Positions 57,058 through 64,000 of a stretch of DNA of 64,000 bases are shown in pieces (within the stretch, counting starts at the first letter, position 1; every line of letters begins with the position of its first letter). The translations under genes and the position numbers were made by a program. The stretch is from the NCBI GenBank assembly GCA_024650005.2, contig CP122380.1, positions 1,024,001-1,088,000 on the forward strand. Direction: 5' to 3'. The stretch comes from Candidatus Bathyarchaeum tardum. GTDB lineage: Archaea; Thermoproteota; Bathyarchaeia; Bathyarchaeales; Bathyarchaeaceae. Under the pieces are notes generated by a model. The model was not told the origin of the DNA and made no database searches. It saw only the letters and a list, made by a program, of their open reading frames with translations.

Positions 57058-57510
57058 ATGCCAATAACTAAACAAAAGTTTGAAGGGGGAAAACTTCACA
57101 GCAAAGTTGAAGAGGAAATTGTAAACTTCCTTAAAGACCGCAAAGATGGAGCTTTCACTTCTCAAGAAATAATGGGTGGAATTCACTACCACACCGATTT
57201 TACTACGCCAGAAATAAGCAGAATGTCAACCTTTGTAATAGCTGATTTTATCACACTTTTACACGCCATGGTAAGACATGGAACAATCAAAATGAAAGTC
57301 GTGGGCAACCGAATGTACTTTACTTTAGCTGATCCGCACATTGCAAAATGTCCAGAATGTTCGCGAAAATTTGAACCAAAAAAGACTTGGAAAATGGCTG
57401 GACGACCTGACAGAGCAGGGAAACGATTCCAACTGCACATTGGACTGTACGAGTGTCCAAAGCACGGAACTTTCCGAAAAGTCTTGGACAAGCGAAAAAT
57501 CGCAAAATAA
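57058..57510 (+). CDS. Winged-helix-like domain fused to zinc-binding Cren7-like domain
   Basis: N-terminal IVNFL...AFTSQEI...; C-terminal CPEC..PKKTWKMAG...IGLYECPKHGTFRKVL. Confidence 0.7.
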   Translation: MPITKQKFEGGKLHSKVEEEIVNFLKDRKDGAFTSQEIMGGIHYHTDFTTPEISRMSTFVIADFITLLHAMVRHGTIKMKVVGNRMYFTLADPHIAKCPECSRKFEPKKTWKMAGRPDRAGKRFQLHIGLYECPKHGTFRKVLDKRKIAK

Positions 57511-57519
57511 TCAAAAACG

Positions 57520-59139
57520 TCAATTGTGTTTGGCGTTAAATTCTTCTTTTGTTTGCATTTCTTTACGTTTTCTGCTGTAACTAATCGAAAAGTTATGCGC
57601 CGCATCACGAATTTTGCGCAACAAAAGCATCATTCTAATATTCTTCTTGAATCTGCGGGGAACTGTTTCTTCAGGCAAGAATATTTCTTCATATTTTTTA
57701 GCTAAACCAATAATAGGAACCTGCAAACCCAAAGACTTTAACGCAGATGTTGCAGACGAAACCTGCCCTGGACCTCCATCAACTACGATCAAATCCGGAA
57801 GAGGCGAATCTTCATTAATTAAACGCCTGTATCTTCGAGTTACTGCTTCTTGCATACTGGCAAAATCATCTTGTCCCTTTACAGTTTTTATCTTAAATCT
57901 GCGGTAATTACTCTTGTCCGGACTGCCGTCGATAAACCTGACCATTCCAGAAACTACATGTTCTTTTCCTAGGTTAGAAACATCAAAACATTCAATCACC
58001 CTAGGAAGGGACGGCAAATTCAACTCCGTTTGAAGGTCAACTAAGGCGCTGTCCTCGTCTAGGTTTGCTTCAATATTCTTTTCTGCTAACCTCATAAGAT
58101 AAAGCTCATCCCCTTCAGTTGGGATGCTGATGTTAACAGGAGCTCCTGCAATTGTTGCAAAATATTCTTCCAATGCTGTTTTTTCTTCAAAATCTGCCCA
58201 CGCTTGTGTGTTAAGCAAAATTTCTTGAGGAATACGGTTTTTGTCATAAAACTCCTTCAAAAACATCTGCTCAATTTGAGGCTCAAAATCTAAGGTGTAC
58301 TCCTTTTTCCCAAGCAATACACCTTTGCGAACGCCCATCTGAACTACTAGGGTCTTATCTCCGAGGCGCCGAAATGCTATAACATCTTGGTCATATTTTC
58401 GGTAAGAATCAACAACCTGACGCTGAGTCAATAATTGAATTGACGCAATTTGATTGCGCAATTCCAACGCCCGCTCATATTGCATTTCTTTGGAAGCTTT
58501 ATCCATCTGTAATGTAAGGTTTTCAGTTAACTGCTCATATTTGCCCATCAAAAAGGAACGAGCCTGTTCAACCTGCTCTTTATACTGCTCCTGAGATGCC
58601 TTGTTTTCACATGGAGCAGTGCATAAACCAATATGAAAATTCAAACACGCACGCTTAGGCAGTTTTTTACAAGTGCGTAATCTAAAAATTTTAACAACCA
58701 AACGCTGAAGCTCGCGCCGCAAGTATCCTTCAGTGTAAGGACCAAACATGTAAAATCTTGATGAAGGTTTTCGTGTACTAAAAATTCTGGGATATGCATC
58801 TTTTGAAATGGCAATATATGCGAAAGTTTTTGCATCCTTTAGGTTGATGTTATATTTTGGTTTATGTTTTTTAACTAATTTATTTTCCAACAGTAATGCT
58901 TCTACTTCATTAAATACAATAATCCATTCTATGCTGCGGATTCGGGCAATAAGATGCCTAGTTTTTGGAGTCTGATCCGACTTTGAAAAATAGCTTCGAA
59001 CCCTTGCCCTGAGATTTTTTGCTTTTCCAATATAGATAATTTCTCCCTTACTATTTTTGAAGAGGTAGACTCCCGGCTGGGTGGGAATTTCTGAACTGTT
59101 AAACTGGGACGGTTCAGACAGCGAAATCAATGATAACAA
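57520..59139 (-). CDS. uvrC: Excinuclease ABC subunit C (no C-terminal HhH)
   Basis: PGVY..YIGKAKNLRARVRSYF GIY-YIG, UVR coil, IECFDVS, PDLIVVDGG.GQ, GLAK; alternative TTG start at 59130. Confidence 0.95.
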   Translation of the reverse strand: MLSLISLSEPSQFNSSEIPTQPGVYLFKNSKGEIIYIGKAKNLRARVRSYFSKSDQTPKTRHLIARIRSIEWIIVFNEVEALLLENKLVKKHKPKYNINLKDAKTFAYIAISKDAYPRIFSTRKPSSRFYMFGPYTEGYLRRELQRLVVKIFRLRTCKKLPKRACLNFHIGLCTAPCENKASQEQYKEQVEQARSFLMGKYEQLTENLTLQMDKASKEMQYERALELRNQIASIQLLTQRQVVDSYRKYDQDVIAFRRLGDKTLVVQMGVRKGVLLGKKEYTLDFEPQIEQMFLKEFYDKNRIPQEILLNTQAWADFEEKTALEEYFATIAGAPVNISIPTEGDELYLMRLAEKNIEANLDEDSALVDLQTELNLPSLPRVIECFDVSNLGKEHVVSGMVRFIDGSPDKSNYRRFKIKTVKGQDDFASMQEAVTRRYRRLINEDSPLPDLIVVDGGPGQVSSATSALKSLGLQVPIIGLAKKYEEIFLPEETVPRRFKKNIRMMLLLRKIRDAAHNFSISYSRKRKEMQTKEEFNAKHN

Positions 59140-62003
59140 CCAATTCTATCTTGTGTGTTGCATTCTTTTAGAAACTTCCCCGTGTACGAACCCGAAACTT
59201 TAGTGAGTTCTTCAGGTGTTCCTTGGGCAATTATTTGTCCGCCTTCGTCTCCACCTTCGGGACCTAAGTCAATCAAGTAGTCACAACTTTTTATGACGTC
59301 AAGGTTGTGTTCAATCACGTAAACGGTGTTTCTTTTGTCCACCAAACTGTTTAACACTTGAATCAAACGTTTCGTGTCGTGAAAGTGTAACCCAGTTGTT
59401 GGCTCATCTAACATGTAAACCACGTGACCACACTTTTGTTTGCTTAATTCACGAGTAATCTTGATTCGTTGACTTTCTCCACCCGAAAGGGTTGTTGAAC
59501 TCTGACCCAATTTAATGTAACCCAAACCCACATCCAGCAAGGTTTGAAGTTTACGGGAAATTGACGGAATATTTTCAAAGAATTTTGCTGCTTCTTCAAC
59601 TTCCATGTCCAAAACTTCAGCAATGTTTTTTCCTTTGTATCTGATACTCAAAGTTTCTTTGTTGTAACGTTTACCTTTGCAATCACTGCATTTCACGTAA
59701 ACGTCGGGCAGAAAATTCATTTCAATACGAATAAGACCATAACCACCACAGGTTTCACATCTTCCCCCTTTGACGTTAAATGAGAATCTTCCCGGTTTGT
59801 AACCTTTCATTTTTGCATCTTTGGTTTGAGCAAATAGTTTACGAATTTCATCAAACAATTTGGTATACGTTGCAGGATTACTTCGAGGAGTTTTCCCGAT
59901 GGGTTCCTGATTAATTATGATAACGTTCTGCACTTCTTCGGGGACCTCTATTGAACTGTGTTTTCCAACTTTGTCCACATGTTCCCCAAAGTTTTCCCGC
60001 AAAGCAGGCATAACTGTCAAGTTCATTAACGTGCTTTTTCCTGAACCTGAAACACCAGTTATTCCACACAGAACACCTAATGGAAGACTAACTGAAACAT
60101 TCTTGAGATTATTCTCCAGAGCCCCGTTAATGGTCATGTAACCTGCAGGTTGTCGTCGTTTTTTGGGTACATCAATTTTTAATTTACCTGACAAATACTT
60201 ACCTGTAAGACTGTTTTTGCACTCCATAATTTCTGAAACAGTTCCCCTGCAAACAATTTGGCCTCCACGAACACCTGCTCCTGGACCCATGTCCACGATA
60301 TAATCCGAGTTAAGGATGGTTTCTTCATCGTGTTCTACTACAATCAGGGTGTTGCCTAAATCTCGGAGTCTGTGAAGTGTGCTTATAAGTTTCTTGTTGT
60401 CTCGGTGGTGCAAGCCAATACTGGGTTCGTCCAATATGTACAAAACACCCATCAAGTTACTGCCGATCTGAGTAGCCAAACGAATACGCTGAGCCTCTCC
60501 ACCTGACAAAGTGCGAGCAGCCCTAGCCAAAGTCAAATAGCCTAATCCTACATTTTTTAGAAATCCTAAACGCTCGTTGATTTCTTTGAGCACCTGTTTG
60601 GCGATTACTAACTCTTTCTCGTTTAGTTTATCTGAAAGCCCCCCAAAGAAATCAACTGCATCTTCGATGGAAAGTTCTGTAACATCGCTTATGTTTTTGT
60701 CTAATAACCGAACACCAAGCATAACTGGACGCAAACGTTTTCCCTTACAAGCAGCACAAGGAGTTTCTTTCATGAACTTCATGATTGCTTCTTTTCTGTA
60801 TTCACTGTCTGTTTGGCGATACAACCTCATGGTCTGGGGAATAACTCCTTCCCAACCTTTTTTCATCCACATGCTGGCACCATTTGACCATGTTCCGTTG
60901 ACGGGTGATTTAGTTCCGTGCAACAAAACATCAAGCTGTTTTCTGCTAAAGTCCCTTAATGGAGTGAAAACATCAAAACCAAACTTTTTTCCCACAGCAG
61001 CAATTTGTTGAACCCTCCAGCTCAGATCCATTTTACCGTATACTGCCAAGGCACCATCGATTATTGACTTGTTTTTGTTGGGGATAACCAAATCTTCGGA
61101 AACTTCCATAGTGTTACCCAAACCGTGACATTCTGGACATGCTCCATACGGTGAATTGAAGGAAAACATTCGAGGTTCTAAACTTTCAAACACAATTTCT
61201 GGATGATTTGGGCAAGCTCCAAAGGTGCTGTATATTGTTTCCGCCTCGAAGCGTTCTACTTCTCGCAGTTGTTTAGCGTCAAGTTTGCTGTCAATAACTA
61301 TCATTGTGCCTTTACCGACTTCCAACGCCTGCTCTACTGCTTCTGCGATGCGGGACCGTTCTTCGTGATCGATTTCTACAGTGTCAATTACTGCTTCAAT
61401 CCAGTGCTTCACGTAACGTTCCATTTTTATTTCGTTGATTTGTTCAATATCGTAAACTTGCTGGTCAACTCTAACTTTGGTGTAGCCGTCTTTCTTCAAA
61501 TCTTCCAAAACTTTTTCGTGGGTTCCCTTTATTCCCCTGATAATAGGTGCAAGAAAAGTCAAGGTTCTGCTTTGTTCATTCATTATTAAACTTGTAATGT
61601 TTTCTGGACTCTGAGGATGAATCAAACTATCACACTTGGGACAATGATGAACTCCAATACGGGCAAAAAGCAACCGCAAATAGTCATAAATTTCAGTTAC
61701 AGTTCCAACTGTGGAACGAGGATTCTTGCTTGTAGTCTTTTGTTCAATAGAAATTGCAGGAGACAAACCTTCAATGGAATCCACATCTGGCTTATCCATC
61801 AAACCTAAAAACTGGCGAGCATAAGCTGAAAGGCTCTCCACGTATCTTCTTTGCCCTTCCGCATAAATAGTATCAAATGCTAAGGTTGATTTTCCAGACC
61901 CAGACAATCCTGTAATTACAATAAACTTGTTCCTAGGTAACTCTACATCAACGTTCTTCAAGTTATGCTCCCGGGCACCCTTAACGAAAATGCTATCTCT
62001 CAT
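59127..62003 (-). CDS. uvrA: Excinuclease ABC subunit A
   Basis: GLSGSGKS, AEGQRRYVESLS, LSGGEAQR, GVSGSGKS, zinc fingers. Confidence 0.98.
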   Translation of the reverse strand: MRDSIFVKGAREHNLKNVDVELPRNKFIVITGLSGSGKSTLAFDTIYAEGQRRYVESLSAYARQFLGLMDKPDVDSIEGLSPAISIEQKTTSKNPRSTVGTVTEIYDYLRLLFARIGVHHCPKCDSLIHPQSPENITSLIMNEQSRTLTFLAPIIRGIKGTHEKVLEDLKKDGYTKVRVDQQVYDIEQINEIKMERYVKHWIEAVIDTVEIDHEERSRIAEAVEQALEVGKGTMIVIDSKLDAKQLREVERFEAETIYSTFGACPNHPEIVFESLEPRMFSFNSPYGACPECHGLGNTMEVSEDLVIPNKNKSIIDGALAVYGKMDLSWRVQQIAAVGKKFGFDVFTPLRDFSRKQLDVLLHGTKSPVNGTWSNGASMWMKKGWEGVIPQTMRLYRQTDSEYRKEAIMKFMKETPCAACKGKRLRPVMLGVRLLDKNISDVTELSIEDAVDFFGGLSDKLNEKELVIAKQVLKEINERLGFLKNVGLGYLTLARAARTLSGGEAQRIRLATQIGSNLMGVLYILDEPSIGLHHRDNKKLISTLHRLRDLGNTLIVVEHDEETILNSDYIVDMGPGAGVRGGQIVCRGTVSEIMECKNSLTGKYLSGKLKIDVPKKRRQPAGYMTINGALENNLKNVSVSLPLGVLCGITGVSGSGKSTLMNLTVMPALRENFGEHVDKVGKHSSIEVPEEVQNVIIINQEPIGKTPRSNPATYTKLFDEIRKLFAQTKDAKMKGYKPGRFSFNVKGGRCETCGGYGLIRIEMNFLPDVYVKCSDCKGKRYNKETLSIRYKGKNIAEVLDMEVEEAAKFFENIPSISRKLQTLLDVGLGYIKLGQSSTTLSGGESQRIKITRELSKQKCGHVVYMLDEPTTGLHFHDTKRLIQVLNSLVDKRNTVYVIEHNLDVIKSCDYLIDLGPEGGDEGGQIIAQGTPEELTKVSGSYTGKFLKECNTQDRIGCYH

Positions 62004-62050
62004 ACGCTTTTCCCTGTTATAGGCTATATTGACAACAAATGGAACCTATT

Positions 62051-64000
62051 CTACTTACCTTTTTTTCGAGATTTCTTCTCAGATTTACTCAAAACGTAAT
62101 CCAACGACTTCTCCAATTCCTGAATACGGTCCCTAAACTCAATGGCCTTCTCAAACTCCAAACGTTCAGCCGCAGCACGCATCTGGGCATCAAAATCAAT
62201 TAGTTTTCTTTGAATCTCAGTTTTCGCCAAATGTTTGGTACCTTTGATTTTTCGTTCACTTTCCGCCACACTTTTCACGATAGTACGAGGAGTAATGTTG
62301 TGTTTCTTGTTGTAGTTTTTCTGGAACATGCGCCTGAAATGAGTAACCTCCATTGCTCTTTTCATAGACTGGGTTTTCTCTTCAGCGTATAAAATCACTT
62401 TACCATTCACGTTCCGGGCAGCACGACCAATGGTCTGAATAAGACTGCGTTCATCCCGCAAGAAACCTTCTTTATCTGCGTCCAAAATAAAAATGGTAGA
62501 TACTTCAGGCACATCTAAACCTTCACGCAACAAATTAATACCAACAAGAATATCGTAATCCCCCGCCCGTAACTGTCTAACTAACTCAATTCTGTCTAAA
62601 CTATCAATTTCTGAGTGCATGTACCTTACTCGTAAGCCTTCTTTGACTAGGTAATCAGTCAAATCTTCTGCCATTCTTTTCGTGAGGGTAGTAACTAGAA
62701 CTCTTTCCCCCCGTTCGATGGTCTTTTTTGCTTCAGAAATCAAATGCTTCATTTGACCGTCAATGGGATGAACTTCAACTTCAGGATCAAGAAGCCCTGT
62801 GGGTCTAGTAATCAACTGCACAGGTTCGCCGCTTTGGTTTAGTTCGTAATCGGCGGGAGTCGCAGAAACAAACAACGTTTTGTTCATCTTATTTTCAAAC
62901 TCATCAAACTTAAGAGGACGGTTATCAAAAGCACATGACAAACGAAAACCATAATCAACCAAGTTCTTTTTGCGGGAATAATCTCCATTAAACATGGCTC
63001 GAGATTGAGGAATCGTCTGGTGGCTTTCGTCAATTATCAGTAAATAATCTTTGGGAAAATAATCAAGCAAAACAAAAGGAGGCTCCCCGGCACATCGACC
63101 ATCAAAATGGCGGCTGTAGTTTTCAATTCCTTTGCAGTATCCCATTTCTTTTATCATTTCAATGTCGTATGTTACACGTTTCCTGAGTCTTTGTGCCTCA
63201 AGAGCCGGAAGTTTTGGTAGCTCTTCTTCTAGTTCTTTTTGTATCTGATCTAGGGCTCGTTTTTGTTTCGTTTCAGGAACTACATACTGACGAGCAGGAT
63301 ACAACGTGATGTTGTCTAGATTAACTTTAACGTCTCCTGTAAGGGCTTCAACCTCTTTTAAACTCTTAATTTTGTTGTCTTCCAATTCAATCCTCAAAAT
63401 ATCTTCTTCATACGCTGGGACAACATCTACAACGTTGCCGCGAACCCTGAAGTTGCCTGCCTCCAGAACTTGATCGTTTCTTTCATATTGCATGTTTACA
63501 AGAGACTGCAACAATTCTCGCCGTTTCATTGTTTTTCCTGTACTCAAATTTGCTGCCATTCCCTCGTAATCTTCAGGGTTTCCTAAACCGTAGATACAGC
63601 TTATACTGGCGACAATTATTGTGTCTTCACGACTTAGAATGCTTGAAACCGCATGCATGCGCATTTTTTCAATTTGTTCGTTGATGTCAGAATCTTTTTC
63701 GATATACATGTCAGAAGTAGGCAGGTACGATTCAGGCTGGTAATACGAATAAAATGAAATGAAATATTCAACTCTGTTTTTTGGGAATAACTCTTTTAAT
63801 TCCGCGTAAAGTTGAGCTGCCAATGTTTTATTATGAGCAAGAATTAGAGTAGGTTTTTGCAGTTTGCTAATCAAGTTTGCCATTACAAATGTTTTTCCAC
63901 TTCCAGTAATGCCAAGAAGAGTTTGTTTGTCTTTTGTCTCAAAATTTTTGACCAGCTTTTCCACTGCCTCTTCTTGACCTGGAGACATCTTGTAGGGCGC
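62051..64000 (-). CDS. uvrB: Excinuclease ABC subunit B, N-terminus probably a few codons beyond window
   Basis: GITGSGKT, YYQPE, DESH, GINLLREGLD, QTIGRAARN; frame open to the window edge (APYKMSPGQ). Confidence 0.98.
   Translation of the reverse strand, partial: APYKMSPGQEEAVEKLVKNFETKDKQTLLGITGSGKTFVMANLISKLQKPTLILAHNKTLAAQLYAELKELFPKNRVEYFISFYSYYQPESYLPTSDMYIEKDSDINEQIEKMRMHAVSSILSREDTIIVASISCIYGLGNPEDYEGMAANLSTGKTMKRRELLQSLVNMQYERNDQVLEAGNFRVRGNVVDVVPAYEEDILRIELEDNKIKSLKEVEALTGDVKVNLDNITLYPARQYVVPETKQKRALDQIQKELEEELPKLPALEAQRLRKRVTYDIEMIKEMGYCKGIENYSRHFDGRCAGEPPFVLLDYFPKDYLLIIDESHQTIPQSRAMFNGDYSRKKNLVDYGFRLSCAFDNRPLKFDEFENKMNKTLFVSATPADYELNQSGEPVQLITRPTGLLDPEVEVHPIDGQMKHLISEAKKTIERGERVLVTTLTKRMAEDLTDYLVKEGLRVRYMHSEIDSLDRIELVRQLRAGDYDILVGINLLREGLDVPEVSTIFILDADKEGFLRDERSLIQTIGRAARNVNGKVILYAEEKTQSMKRAMEVTHFRRMFQKNYNKKHNITPRTIVKSVAESERKIKGTKHLAKTEIQRKLIDFDAQMRAAAERLEFEKAIEFRDRIQELEKSLDYVLSKSEKKSRKKGK

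Overview
AT-rich archaeal chromosomal segment. Gene content (CODH/ACS operon cdhABCDE, TBP, eL15, eL38, Rpp30/Pop5, geranylgeranyl reductase, PQQ-propeller and Ig-repeat surface proteins, tyrosine integrase remnants ending in FRK[RP]K) fits Bathyarchaeia; this is inference from family knowledge, not a database result. The main observation is a candidate nitrogen regulon without a PII gene in the window. An Lrp regulator sits divergent from glnA, which is followed by two stand-alone Lrp ligand-binding domains. About 17-20 kb away, an ammonium transporter is co-transcribed with a KaiC-like ATPase where GlnK normally sits, and a second KaiC-like paralog lies upstream. The glnA promoter and both KaiC-like promoters share one architecture: paired TGAA-N6-TTCA-type boxes 30-31 bp apart, ending 14 nt before [T/C]TTATATACAAATA. 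Other notable items: a wHTH-Cren7-like fusion, RpoH with an RPB5-like N-terminal domain, a TIR protein with Glu->Lys at the catalytic position, UvrC without HhH domains, a candidate ncRNA beside an integrase remnant, several zinc-finger microproteins absent from the ORF track, and multiple pseudogenes. No rRNA, canonical tRNA or CRISPR array was recognised. All family assignments are by-eye motif recognition.
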